Shown piece after piece: positions 55,204 through 64,000 of a DNA stretch of 64,000 bases. This DNA is from Desulfatiglans sp. Its GTDB lineage: Bacteria; Desulfobacterota; DSM-4660; Desulfatiglandales; HGW-15. The notes under the pieces are model-generated. The model was not told where the DNA came from, searched no databases, and saw only the letters and a list, made by a program, of their open reading frames with translations. Both the position numbers and the translations under genes were made by a program. Each line of letters opens with the position of its first letter. Position 1 is the stretch's first letter. The stretch covers positions 15,227 to 79,226 of the forward strand of contig JAAZBV010000115.1 in NCBI GenBank assembly GCA_012513605.1, in the 5' to 3' direction.

Positions 55204-57336
55204 ATGATGAACAACTTTTTTGAGATAAATAAACTTCCCGGCCCTGGATCATTTGGTAATATGGATGGCATGAAAACCGGTGGTGCAGGCAAGAACGATC
55301 TATTCGCATCCATGCTGGAGAACATAGGCAAAAATGCAGGCGGGAAGAATCTCTTTTCAGCGCTATACTCAGACAACAGCGGAGAGACTATCAACAAAAG
55401 TGGTTTAATATCAGGCAAACCGGTCATAAAATCTGCAACTGAGAATCTTAAAAATAAAAATTTAAATCCTGATGAAATGATCCTCCCTGCGGCCCTGCAG
55501 AACCAGTTGATAGCCTATCTTGAAAAACAGGGGTTTTCATTCAGAGACATAAACCAGGCTATCTCCGCATCAAAAAATCAAAATGGCCTGATAGAGCTTG
55601 GCAGGCTGTTCAAGGGGCTTACAGCCATTACAAATGAAAATACAGGGGTTATAAACTTAGTATCCTTTAAGCAGGGTTTTTCAGCTTTCCTGAATGAACA
55701 GGGCATTGATATTAAAAATTTCGAAGGCTTTCTTTCCGGGATTAAAAATGAACATGCAAGCAACGGTCAAAAAGAGTCATCCTTTATAGAGCCATCTTCT
55801 GTTCCAGCCACAGGTGAAGTCCTATTCAAACTGGGTCTTGGCGCAGATGATGTAAAAAAGGTGCTTGAAAAGAGTACGAATGGCAAGGGTGAAATTGAGA
55901 CAGGTAAACTCACCCTGGAGCTTAACAGGTTACTGACAAACCCTGTTACTGAATCAGGCATTATATCTCTCCTTTCAGAAAACAGCATCTCTGTGACAAA
56001 ACGCATGTTCAGTAAACCTGATGAAAAAACCGCATTGGATAATTTATCAGCCTATTCAAAAGAAAACAGGTTAAATGTAATACAGAGGGAGCTGAAACAA
56101 AATATAGATGAACTCCTCAAAGAAAAAGGCATTTCCGAAGATAAAATCAGCTCAGTAATGACAAGGCTGGATTCGGCAATCATGCGATTCAGCATTGATC
56201 AGCAGGCAAATAATATAACTGCAAACGCTAACAAGAACATATCAGGCACAAAAGAAAACAATGCAAAACAGGATATCTTTGCCACACTCAAAGAAGCAGG
56301 CATTTCTGAAGAAAAGATTGATTCTGTTGTTCAAAAGCTCAATTCCGCTATTACAGGATTAGCAGTCAATCAACAGCAGGTAAAGGACTCAATAACTGGG
56401 GCACGAAACACCATCAGTACAATGGCTGAAGATAAAAAGGTCATATCAGGCATGTTTGGGGAAAATTCCGGCCAAAATATCACCTCCTTCTTAAAGAGCA
56501 GGGGAGTCACGGACAGGGATGTAAAAAACATACTTGAATCATTAAGAGCGGGTTCTAAAAACACAGACCTTAATCAGAATGATAATCTCAGGTCTGCCCT
56601 TTTAAATGACAGGATACCAGGCGCATCAAAGAATAATTCCTTCACTTCTTCAGACACCCAGGGAAACCTGAAACTTAACTTTACAGAACTGCTCAAGACA
56701 GCCGAAAAAGGATCGGGCACAGAATTTAACAGAAAATCATTTGAAGGCGGCACACACTCAGAGACAACCTTTAAAGCTACCCTTTCAGCAAAGGATAAGG
56801 GCAGTTTTACTATAAAGGAATCTAATGATCAGGCCTCTATCAACATGCTCAATGCAAACAGCATCAGGAATATTGCTAAGACAGGCCAGGCAGATACAGG
56901 AACCTATATACCCCAGCCGCTCCCAAAGATAGTTGAAAAAATGATATTCATGTTCAGGGCAGGGGAATACCAGAGCAGACTTCAGATAACACCACCTGAA
57001 CTTGGCAGGCTGGATATTGATCTCACAATAAAAAACGGCCATGTGCAGGCAAACCTGAGCGCAGAAAGTACCGCTGTAAAGGAGATCATAGAGGCTAACC
57101 TTAACCAGCTCAAGCAGCAGTTAAACAACCAGGGGTTAACTATAGATAAGTTCAATGTAATGGTCAGCCCTGATAATGGAGAGAGAAAAGATAACAGCAC
57201 ATGGGCACATGAAAAAGAGAATAAAGGTTCTGGCCGGGGTCATGATTTCAAACAGGATAGCATAGCAGAGATACCTGCGGCTGCCTCTTTAACAAAAAGT
57301 TTTACAGGCAACAACCAGATTGATGTTCATGTATAG
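55204..57336 (+). CDS. fliK: Flagellar hook-length control protein FliK
   Basis: 710 aa, Q/N/S-rich. C-terminal Flg_hook domain LQITPPELGRLDIDLTIKNGHVQANLSAESTAVKEIIEANLNQLKQQL. Confidence 0.8.
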   Translation: MMNNFFEINKLPGPGSFGNMDGMKTGGAGKNDLFASMLENIGKNAGGKNLFSALYSDNSGETINKSGLISGKPVIKSATENLKNKNLNPDEMILPAALQNQLIAYLEKQGFSFRDINQAISASKNQNGLIELGRLFKGLTAITNENTGVINLVSFKQGFSAFLNEQGIDIKNFEGFLSGIKNEHASNGQKESSFIEPSSVPATGEVLFKLGLGADDVKKVLEKSTNGKGEIETGKLTLELNRLLTNPVTESGIISLLSENSISVTKRMFSKPDEKTALDNLSAYSKENRLNVIQRELKQNIDELLKEKGISEDKISSVMTRLDSAIMRFSIDQQANNITANANKNISGTKENNAKQDIFATLKEAGISEEKIDSVVQKLNSAITGLAVNQQQVKDSITGARNTISTMAEDKKVISGMFGENSGQNITSFLKSRGVTDRDVKNILESLRAGSKNTDLNQNDNLRSALLNDRIPGASKNNSFTSSDTQGNLKLNFTELLKTAEKGSGTEFNRKSFEGGTHSETTFKATLSAKDKGSFTIKESNDQASINMLNANSIRNIAKTGQADTGTYIPQPLPKIVEKMIFMFRAGEYQSRLQITPPELGRLDIDLTIKNGHVQANLSAESTAVKEIIEANLNQLKQQLNNQGLTIDKFNVMVSPDNGERKDNSTWAHEKENKGSGRGHDFKQDSIAEIPAAASLTKSFTGNNQIDVHV

Positions 57337-57356
57337 AATAAAGGAATGGTGATAAT

Positions 57357-58031
57357 ATGTTAACAGGAATCAGCGCATTACCAACTTACGAGACAAAAAC
57401 CACAACAGCAAAGGCAGAGGACAAGCTTGGGCGAGATTCCTTCCTCAAGATGTTTATCGCCCAGATGAATAATCAGGACCCTCTTAACCCTATGGATATA
57501 TCACAAATGAGTTCGCAGCTTGCACAGTACAGCTCCCTTGAGCAGTTGCTGAATATAAACAGTAATCTCGAATCTATTGAGGGTATCCAGAACAGCAGCA
57601 ACAGGTACCAGTCAATTGACCTGATAGGGAAAGAGGTACAGGCAGACAGCAGCACACTTGTCCTGGATAATGGGAAGGCGGCAAATGGCATGTTTTATCT
57701 TGGTGAGGCAGCGAACTGCACAGTGCAAATATTTGATGAAAACGGCGCCTCTATCAGGAAAATTGATCTTGGGGTGCTTGAACCCGGTAACAACGAATTC
57801 GAATGGGATGGATTTGACAACAATAAAAAACTCTATAAATCCGGCCAGTTCATCTATGAGGTAACAGCCATTAACAACAATAATAATTTAGTATCTGTTG
57901 ATAAAACCATTAAGGGGGTAGTCACAGGGATAAACTTAAATGATAAAGAACCGGTAATATATGTAAATTCAACACCTATATCCATGTCTCAAATAATGAA
58001 TGTAAACATGGTCAAGGATACGCAAATATAA
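57357..58031 (+). CDS. flgD: Flagellar hook assembly/capping protein FlgD
   Basis: LGRDSFLKMFIAQMNNQDPLNPMD...QLAQYSSLEQL, then an Ig-like C-terminal domain. Confidence 0.88.
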   Translation: MLTGISALPTYETKTTTAKAEDKLGRDSFLKMFIAQMNNQDPLNPMDISQMSSQLAQYSSLEQLLNINSNLESIEGIQNSSNRYQSIDLIGKEVQADSSTLVLDNGKAANGMFYLGEAANCTVQIFDENGASIRKIDLGVLEPGNNEFEWDGFDNNKKLYKSGQFIYEVTAINNNNNLVSVDKTIKGVVTGINLNDKEPVIYVNSTPISMSQIMNVNMVKDTQI

Positions 58032-58091
58032 ATCAATATCCCGGAACAGTTCCGGAGAAATTATTAATTAAGATAATTACAGGAGGCAATT

Positions 58092-59522
58092 ATGGCTTTA
58101 TCAAGTGCACTTTTTTCAGGTATCAGCGGTCTGACAAATTTAGGCAATGCAATGCAGATCATTGGTGACAACATCTCGAATCTAAACACCATTGGTTTTA
58201 AAAGCAGCAGTTTTACGTTTCAGGACCTTTTAAGCCAGAGCATGTTCACAAGGTCAGGGACATCCCAGGTAGGCAGGGGCACAGCAATAGCTGATGTCTA
58301 TGCATCATTTGAGCAGGGCTCTTTTGAGACTACCGGCAACACAACAGACCTTGCAATAGGCGGCGATGGCTTTTTTGTAATAAGGGAATCAGGTTCAGAC
58401 AGCTTATTCTATACAAGGGCTGGTAATTTCCGCTTTAACAATGACGGTCAGATGATAAACCCTGAAGGCTATGTGGTGCAGGGATGGGCTGTTGATGATA
58501 ATGGAAATATCATGGGATCAGCAGTGGATATAGCGATGACATCATTTACATCACAGCCCCAGCCAACCGACAGTGTCTCCATTATTACAAACCTTGACAA
58601 GGACCAGGTGAGTAACAACGAGGACCCCTTTTTATCAGACGCATGGGATGGTAGTGTAATCGATTCGCCGCCTATTGCGGCTTCCTCTTATGGGTATCAG
58701 ACAACTGTAAAAGCATATGACTCACTTGGCAGTACCCACGATATAACTATCTATTATGACAAGGTAGATGGATCAACCCCTCCTCAATGGGAATATCTTG
58801 TAACATGCCCTCCAGGTGAAGACCTGAGAGAAAATATGCCAGGGTCAGTGTCAGCCGGCCTTCTTGCACGTGGCACTATTACATTTAATGAAGGGAGTGG
58901 TACTATTACAGATGTTACCATGTCAAGGCTTACAGATCCAGGTACAGGTCCTGTGTGGACAAATTTAACAACAGCAGACTGCAACGCCGACGGGTACTAT
59001 GAATTCGGGGCAGACTTTCTTGGCGGCACAGTAACATCACAGGATATAGCCCTTGATATAGGGGTCAGATGGAATGGCGCCTCATTTGTACCGGATTCAC
59101 TTTCCACCACACAGTATGCAAGCGCATCCACCACCATTTATCAGTCTGCAACCGGTTACGGCGCCGGCGACCTGCAGGGTGTTGATGTGGATGTTGATGG
59201 CCTGATCACAGGTGTATACTCAAACGGCCAGGTGCTTCCTCTGTACAAGATAGCCCTTGCAAAGTTCCAGAGTGTACAGGGTCTGCACAAGATGGGCGGT
59301 AACCTTTACAGGGAGACAAGGGAAAGCGGTTCAGCAACAACGAGCCTGCCCGGTTCAAACGGGTTAGGCAGTATTGCGCCAAACTCTTTGGAGCAGTCAA
59401 ATGTTGATATGGCGGCCGAGTTTGTTAAGATGATCACAACACAGAGGAATTTCCAGGCAAACTCAAAGATCATCACAACAACCGACACCATGCTTTCAGA
59501 GCTTATCAACCTGAAGAGGTAA
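58092..59522 (+). CDS. flgE: Flagellar hook protein FlgE
   Basis: MALSSALFSGISGLTNLGNAMQIIGDNISNLNTIGFK...LEQSNVDMAAEFVKMITTQRNFQANSKIITTTDTMLSELINLKR. Confidence 0.92.
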   Translation: MALSSALFSGISGLTNLGNAMQIIGDNISNLNTIGFKSSSFTFQDLLSQSMFTRSGTSQVGRGTAIADVYASFEQGSFETTGNTTDLAIGGDGFFVIRESGSDSLFYTRAGNFRFNNDGQMINPEGYVVQGWAVDDNGNIMGSAVDIAMTSFTSQPQPTDSVSIITNLDKDQVSNNEDPFLSDAWDGSVIDSPPIAASSYGYQTTVKAYDSLGSTHDITIYYDKVDGSTPPQWEYLVTCPPGEDLRENMPGSVSAGLLARGTITFNEGSGTITDVTMSRLTDPGTGPVWTNLTTADCNADGYYEFGADFLGGTVTSQDIALDIGVRWNGASFVPDSLSTTQYASASTTIYQSATGYGAGDLQGVDVDVDGLITGVYSNGQVLPLYKIALAKFQSVQGLHKMGGNLYRETRESGSATTSLPGSNGLGSIAPNSLEQSNVDMAAEFVKMITTQRNFQANSKIITTTDTMLSELINLKR

Positions 59523-59819
59523 TATTTTCGGGTTATATAAGGGCGCATAAATAATGCCTGCCCGGTGACAGGGGCGACTTCACCAAAAGGCATTATAAAA
59601 AATGTGAAAGTAGAGATTGGAGTATTTCCTCCAGGGCATAATAAGTTGCCTCCACAACCAAGGCCCTGGCGGAAATAATTATGCCTCCAGGCGGGTAATG
59701 CTCTTCTGCCCTGTGAAACAGACCCTGTTTCATACGGCAGGAGTCATTCACCCAATCTCAGTAACTCCTTTAGTAAAAGGATATCAGCTTTTTGACAGAC
59801 CATTATCACAACAATTAAA

Positions 59820-59880
59820 GTCATTATTTTGACAGAATAAAGGGGCCAATAACCTCTAAATCAATGTCATTATTTTGACA
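59820..59880. promoter_or_regulatory. Two copies of the palindrome (T)GTCA-TTATTT-TGACA 46 bp apart; candidate enhancer-binding-protein UAS for the motA sigma-54 promoter
   Basis: aGTCATTATTTTGACA (59820-59834) and TGTCATTATTTTGACA (59865-59880), 160-220 bp upstream of the promoter at 60041. Confidence 0.45.
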
Positions 59881-60040
59881 TCTATCTTTAAATGTTTTAA
59901 ATCCCTTTAGCAAAAATAGAGGCAACAGATTTAAAGCCATTTACTCCTTCCTTGTAATCACAGATTATTCCTTAGTTAATACAGCATGTTAACACCACAC
60001 ATCTTATGTCCTTAAAATATACCCCCCCTAAAAACTGATG

Positions 60041-60056
60041 TGGCACAGAGGTTGCT
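60041..60056 (+). promoter_or_regulatory. Sigma-54 promoter upstream of motA-fliLMNOPQ
   Basis: TGGCAC-agagg-TTGCT, an exact consensus match, 48 nt before the motA start. Confidence 0.8.
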
Positions 60057-60103
60057 TTACAGTACGGTGAGAATATTTCTTTCGCTAATCTGGAGATCTG
60101 AAT

Positions 60104-60868
60104 ATGGATATAGCAACCATAATAGGAATTATTACTGCATTCACTCTTGTGATATGGTCAATAATGATGGGGAGTTCGCTCTTTCTGTTTATTGATTTAC
60201 CCTCAGTGATGATAGTTTTCGGAGGCACCTTCGGGTGTTCAATGATAAATTATCCGCTCCCTGATATCCTCAAGGTAATGAAGGTGGTTAAAAATGCCTT
60301 TTTTGTTAAACCGGCCACATCCAAGGATTTAATCAGCAAGTTTGTAAGCCTGGCAGGAACAGCGAGAAGAGAGGGGATCCTGGCCCTTGAGACCGCCCTG
60401 AATGATATCACAGATGACTTTATGAAAAAAGGTCTTCAGCTTTCTGTTGACGGGCTGGAGCCTACATCCATTAAAGATATCCTTGACACGGAAATCGAAA
60501 ACATCAAAGACAGGCACAAACTTGGCGCCGAGATATTCAGTACAATGGGGACATTCGGGCCTGCCATGGGTATGCTGGGTACACTTATAGGGCTTGTACA
60601 GATGCTCCAGTCAATGGATGACCCAAGCAGCATCGGACCCGCGATGGCAGTTGCCCTTTTGACCACATTTTATGGCTCACTACTGGCTAATATCTGCTGT
60701 CTCCCCATCGCCGGCAAACTGAGAGGAAAGAGTGCAGAAGAGGTAGCGATTAAGGGAATCATGCTGGAGGGGATCATGTCCATAGCAAAGGGCGATAACC
60801 CTAGACTACTGGAGCAAAAGCTGAATGCATTTCTCTCACCTGAAAAGCGTGAAACGAGCTTTAAATAA
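60104..60868 (+). CDS. motA: Flagellar stator protein MotA/PomA
   Basis: 254 aa with a 2+2 TM layout. Large cytoplasmic loop ARREGILALE; TM3 FGPAMGMLGTLIGLV; TM4 ALLTTFYGSLLANICCLPIAGKL. Confidence 0.85.
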   Translation: MDIATIIGIITAFTLVIWSIMMGSSLFLFIDLPSVMIVFGGTFGCSMINYPLPDILKVMKVVKNAFFVKPATSKDLISKFVSLAGTARREGILALETALNDITDDFMKKGLQLSVDGLEPTSIKDILDTEIENIKDRHKLGAEIFSTMGTFGPAMGMLGTLIGLVQMLQSMDDPSSIGPAMAVALLTTFYGSLLANICCLPIAGKLRGKSAEEVAIKGIMLEGIMSIAKGDNPRLLEQKLNAFLSPEKRETSFK

Positions 60869-60894
60869 TAAGAAATCCACATGGAGATAAAATA

Positions 60895-61407
60895 ATGGCA
60901 GAAAAAGAAAGAGATGAAAGGGAAGATGAGGCAGTAAAGAGCGAAGAGGCGCCAAAACGAAAAAAGGTCCCTATAAATATGATTATCATTATCATACTGG
61001 TTTTATGCCTTGTCGGCGGTGGTGTATTTGTCTGGAAGAGCGGGCTCTTCTCAAAAGGCACTGATGGCTCTGCTATAGATACAGAAAAACAAAATAAGGA
61101 GCTCATCGGGCCTATACTTACACTGGACACCTTTATTGTTAATCTTATCGGTGACCGCGGTAAAAACTATCTCAAGGCAAAGGTGGAGCTGGAACTTGAT
61201 TCTGAGAAAACAATAGTGGAGATAAATAAACGGCTTCCCCAGATAAGAGATTCAATACTGACGTTATTAAGCTCAAAGTCAAGCGAGGATATAAACACCC
61301 TTGATGGCAAGTTCCAGTTAAGGGCTGAGATAATGACCACGATAAACCAATACCTTAGAACAGGGAAGATCAGGAATGTCTTCCTGACAGATTTTATTAT
61401 CCAGTAA
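60895..61407 (+). CDS. fliL: Flagellar basal-body-associated protein FliL
   Basis: Charged N-terminus, single TM helix, then LDTFIVNLIGDRGKNYLKAKVELELD...IRDSILTLLSSKS...FLTDFIIQ. Confidence 0.85.
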   Translation: MAEKERDEREDEAVKSEEAPKRKKVPINMIIIIILVLCLVGGGVFVWKSGLFSKGTDGSAIDTEKQNKELIGPILTLDTFIVNLIGDRGKNYLKAKVELELDSEKTIVEINKRLPQIRDSILTLLSSKSSEDINTLDGKFQLRAEIMTTINQYLRTGKIRNVFLTDFIIQ

Positions 61408-61444
61408 TGGGAATTATGTGCTTTACAGGAGTATAGGTTAGGAT

Positions 61445-62440
61445 ATGAATAAGCTACTATCACAGGATGAGGTTGATTCCCTCTTAAAAGGGCTTGATGC
61501 AGGAGATATTGACAGCATCAATGACTTTTCTTCCGATAACAGTGATGATGTCAATGTAGACTCATTTGACTGGGCAATAGCAGGCCTTAATGTAAGGGGC
61601 AATATGCCTCTTCTTGAGGTTGTGAACAGCAAGTTCAGTCAGAAACTGAGGGGAACACTCTCCAATTCATTAAGAAAAATGCTGGATATCACGCCTGACC
61701 CTCTTGAAACAATAAAATACAGCGACTTTCAGAAGTCACTTCCTGTGCCAACCAGCATGCACCTCTTCAAAATGGAGCCCTTAAGGGGCATCGGCATAAT
61801 CGTTGTTGAAAGCAGGCTTGTATTCAGCCTTGTGGAGGCATACTTCGGAGGAAAAGGCATCGGCGCAACAAAGATTGAAGGCAGGGAATTCACAGTAATA
61901 GAAAACAGGATCATCGAGAAGGTTGTGCATATGGCGCTCAATAACCTCGCAGAGGCGTGGGAGGATGTGCACCCTCTGAAGACAGAATTTTTAAGATCAG
62001 AGAGTAACCCCCTTGTAGTAAATGTTATTCCAGGTGAGGAGCTCATGATTTCAACAAAGTATGAGGTAGAACTCACAAAGGTTCTGGGCAACATAATCAT
62101 CTGTTTTCCTTACGCATCGTATCAGCCAATAAGGCACAAGCTTGCGGGTGATTACAGAGACGAGGCAGAGACAACCCAGCTAGACAGGACATGGATAGAG
62201 GGTATCGAATACCAGCTCAGGGGAACTGAAGTAACCATGAACATTGATCTTGGTAAAACCCAGCTCTCTGTCGGTGATTTTTTGAACCTAAGAGAAGGGG
62301 ATATCCTCATACTTGATAAACACTTTAAACAGCCATTGATAGGTAAAGTTGAGGATATAAAGCTGTTTGAGGGTTTTGCAGGCAGATACAAAAACAATAA
62401 GGTCTTCAAGGTGGAAAGGCCTTATGTTGAACAGGTATAA
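61445..62440 (+). CDS. fliM: Flagellar motor switch protein FliM
   Basis: MNKLLSQDEVDSLL (CheY-P binding LSQxEIDxLL motif), followed by the middle and C-terminal SpoA-like domains. Confidence 0.9.
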   Translation: MNKLLSQDEVDSLLKGLDAGDIDSINDFSSDNSDDVNVDSFDWAIAGLNVRGNMPLLEVVNSKFSQKLRGTLSNSLRKMLDITPDPLETIKYSDFQKSLPVPTSMHLFKMEPLRGIGIIVVESRLVFSLVEAYFGGKGIGATKIEGREFTVIENRIIEKVVHMALNNLAEAWEDVHPLKTEFLRSESNPLVVNVIPGEELMISTKYEVELTKVLGNIIICFPYASYQPIRHKLAGDYRDEAETTQLDRTWIEGIEYQLRGTEVTMNIDLGKTQLSVGDFLNLREGDILILDKHFKQPLIGKVEDIKLFEGFAGRYKNNKVFKVERPYVEQV

Positions 62441-62467
62441 AGCAATATTTACGAAGGAGAGACAATA

Positions 62468-62785
62468 ATGCCAGGAGGAATGGATTTGACAGAACTTGAA
62501 CCAGGATTGGGACAGAACGGGGCCGGAAGAAACATGGATTTTCTGCTGGATATCCCGCTGGAAATCTCGGTTGAACTGGGAAATGCAAAGATCAAGATCG
62601 GCGAACTGCTAAAGCTGAGCCAGGGATCCGTGGTAGAGCTTAACAGGCTTACAGATGAGCCCCTTGAGATATTTGTAAACAAAAAACTGATGGCACACGG
62701 CGAGGTTGTTGTGGTCAATGAAAAATTCGGCATCAGGCTGACCAATATAATAAGCCCCGGTGAGAGGGTAAAGAGCCTTACCTGA
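62468..62785 (+). CDS. fliN: Flagellar motor switch protein FliN
   Basis: LLDIPLEISVELGNAKIKIGELLKLSQGSVVELNRLTDEPLEIFVNKKLMAHGEVVVVNEKFGIRLT. Confidence 0.9.
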   Translation: MPGGMDLTELEPGLGQNGAGRNMDFLLDIPLEISVELGNAKIKIGELLKLSQGSVVELNRLTDEPLEIFVNKKLMAHGEVVVVNEKFGIRLTNIISPGERVKSLT

Positions 62786-62815
62786 TTATGTGGCCATGAA
62801 ACACGGAGAAACATC

Positions 62816-63199
62816 TTGAACCCTGACATCAATATACTATCATACAAGCATGGAATCTCCATGCTTATTGTCTTTATCCTGCTGATATTGTTTATGCTCA
62901 TACTGAAACGATTAAAAGGGGGCACACTCTCATTAAGAAAATACCCTGCAATGAAGATCATCAGCACACTCTCCCTGGCGCCGAAAAGATCTCTTGCTAT
63001 TGTTGAAGTCCGTAATGAATGGCTCCTCCTTGGTGTAGGGGCTGAAAACATCTCCATCTTATCAAAGTACGATAAACCGGAAGAGACAGGTGAAAATACA
63101 AAGTCAAATGGTGAAGGAGCGTTTGCCTCATTTCTTTTAAGGGCAGGGATAACCGGAAAATCACCTGAAAAAAGCAGCAGAAAAGATGAAAAAAGATAA
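62816..63199 (+). CDS. fliO: Flagellar biosynthesis protein FliO
   Basis: TTG start with a GGAGA RBS. Single TM helix, then MKIISTLSLAPKRSLAIVEVRNEWLLLGVGAENIS. Confidence 0.7.
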   Translation: MNPDINILSYKHGISMLIVFILLILFMLILKRLKGGTLSLRKYPAMKIISTLSLAPKRSLAIVEVRNEWLLLGVGAENISILSKYDKPEETGENTKSNGEGAFASFLLRAGITGKSPEKSSRKDEKR

Positions 63200-63953
63200 A
63201 AAAATAACAATATTAATCGCTGTCATAATGGGCACGGGGCTTCTGTTATTAGCATCTAATGCTATGGCTCAAGCCCCATCGCTTCCGAACCTGACAATAG
63301 GTCTTGGGCAGGCAGATAACCCAGAACAGGTCTCAACATTATTGCAGGTACTCCTCCTGCTTACAGTCCTGACACTGGCCCCTGCTATTGTTGTTATGAT
63401 GACATCATTTACAAGGCTTGCTATCGTACTTTCACTTGTAAGGCATGCATTAGGCACACAACAGATGCCCCCAAATCAGATCATCATTGGGCTTGCGCTA
63501 TTACTGACATTTTTTATCATGACCCCTGTTTTTAATGAGATCAATGATGTAGCACTCAAGCCCTACCTTGCTGAAGAGATCTCCCAGAAAGATGCTATGG
63601 AAAAGGCGGTTAAACCAATAAGGGCCTTCATGTTAAAGCAGACAAGGAAAAAGGACCTTGCTCTGTTTATGGATATCGCAAAGCTTAAAAAACCTGCTAA
63701 TTATGATGAGATACCAACCGTCGTTCTCATATCTTCTTTTGTGGTAAGCGAACTCAAGACCGCATTTCAAATAGGCTTTGTAATATATATCCCGTTCCTT
63801 GTCATAGACATGGTTGTAGCCAGTGTGCTCTTATCAATGGGCATGATGATGCTGCCACCCTTCATGGTATCTCTCCCCTTCAAGCTCATGCTCTTTGTCC
63901 TTATTGATGGCTGGAACATCCTTGTAGGGTCAATGGTTAAAAGTTTTTTATGA
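63186..63953 (+). CDS. fliP: Flagellar export apparatus protein FliP
   Basis: LLLLTVLTLAPAIVVMMTSFTRLAIVLSLVRHALGTQQMPPNQIIIGLALLLTFFIMTPV... Confidence 0.92.
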   Translation: MKKDKKITILIAVIMGTGLLLLASNAMAQAPSLPNLTIGLGQADNPEQVSTLLQVLLLLTVLTLAPAIVVMMTSFTRLAIVLSLVRHALGTQQMPPNQIIIGLALLLTFFIMTPVFNEINDVALKPYLAEEISQKDAMEKAVKPIRAFMLKQTRKKDLALFMDIAKLKKPANYDEIPTVVLISSFVVSELKTAFQIGFVIYIPFLVIDMVVASVLLSMGMMMLPPFMVSLPFKLMLFVLIDGWNILVGSMVKSFL

Positions 63954-63964
63954 GGAAAATATAA

Positions 63965-64000
63965 ATGACTCCTGAATATGTAATAAATCTAGGCGCAGAG
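63965..64000 (+). CDS. fliQ: Flagellar export apparatus protein FliQ, first 12 codons (continues beyond window end)
   Basis: GAGGAAA RBS, then ATG ACT CCT GAA TAT GTA ATA AAT CTA GGC GCA GAG = MTPEYVINLGAE. Position after fliP. Confidence 0.6.
   Translation, partial: MTPEYVINLGAE

Noticed and set aside
59617-59832. 71-aa ORF in the flgE-motA gap; considered as a possible FlbD-like small flagellar protein
   Set aside because: It has no RBS and no resemblance to the FlbD pattern. It overlaps the region better explained as the enhancer/UAS of the sigma-54 promoter.

Overview
The window is a 64-kb chromosomal segment from an anaerobic, flagellated bacterium. Gene content suggests a Desulfobacterota-type sulfate reducer or syntroph: Mop-type and AOR-type aldehyde oxidoreductases, a DsrC/TusE-like protein, class III RNR, tRNA-Sec and sigma-54 flagellar promoters. 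This placement is an inference and was not checked by any search. All similarity calls come from reading the translations and from memory of protein families.

Layout:
- 1-24.6 kb: a dense aldehyde-oxidation region. It holds a Tat-ferredoxin + AOR operon, two NAD-type aldehyde dehydrogenases, a cytoplasmic bis-MGD Mo/W enzyme with a small Fe-S subunit, and two paralogous Mop-type (xanthine-oxidase-family) aldehyde oxidoreductases. One Mop is followed by a TusE/DsrC-like protein and a NifS/CsdA-like cysteine desulfurase. The other is embedded in an uncharacterised module: radical SAM, C-GCAxxG-C-C-like protein, PaaK-like adenylating ligase, SAM methyltransferase, CxxC mini-protein and a GltD::HdrD-like flavo-FeS fusion.
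- The promoters of these units share a conserved AT-rich dyad, CATATATC-N6-GATAT, often in tandem 22 bp apart.
- 25-35 kb: yaiI, typA, nrdDG with tandem NrdR boxes, tRNA-Sec (selC), kbp, a DUF937 gene and two AT-rich orphan genes.
- 35.4-42.4 kb: a Bacteroidetes-style V-type ATPase operon (E-DUF2764-A-B-D-I-K) whose K subunit keeps the Na+-ligand pattern.
- 42.8-54.9 kb: an Mla-type lipid transport operon whose ATPase is fused to a degenerate GGDEF domain, a DUF4124-protease, a Ca-type P-type ATPase, orphan hisF, a CNNM/CorC-type protein and a TonB-dependent receptor.
- 55.2-64 kb: flagellar genes fliK-flgD-flgE and motA-fliL-fliM-fliN-fliO-fliP-fliQ, each block behind a textbook sigma-54 promoter.

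I saw no rRNA, CRISPR array, transposase or integrase. Non-coding highlights are a pair of paralogous promoter + short-transcript elements with anti-Shine-Dalgarno-like loops (35.0 kb and 51.7 kb) and a class of 7-8-nt tandem repeats just 3' of several genes.
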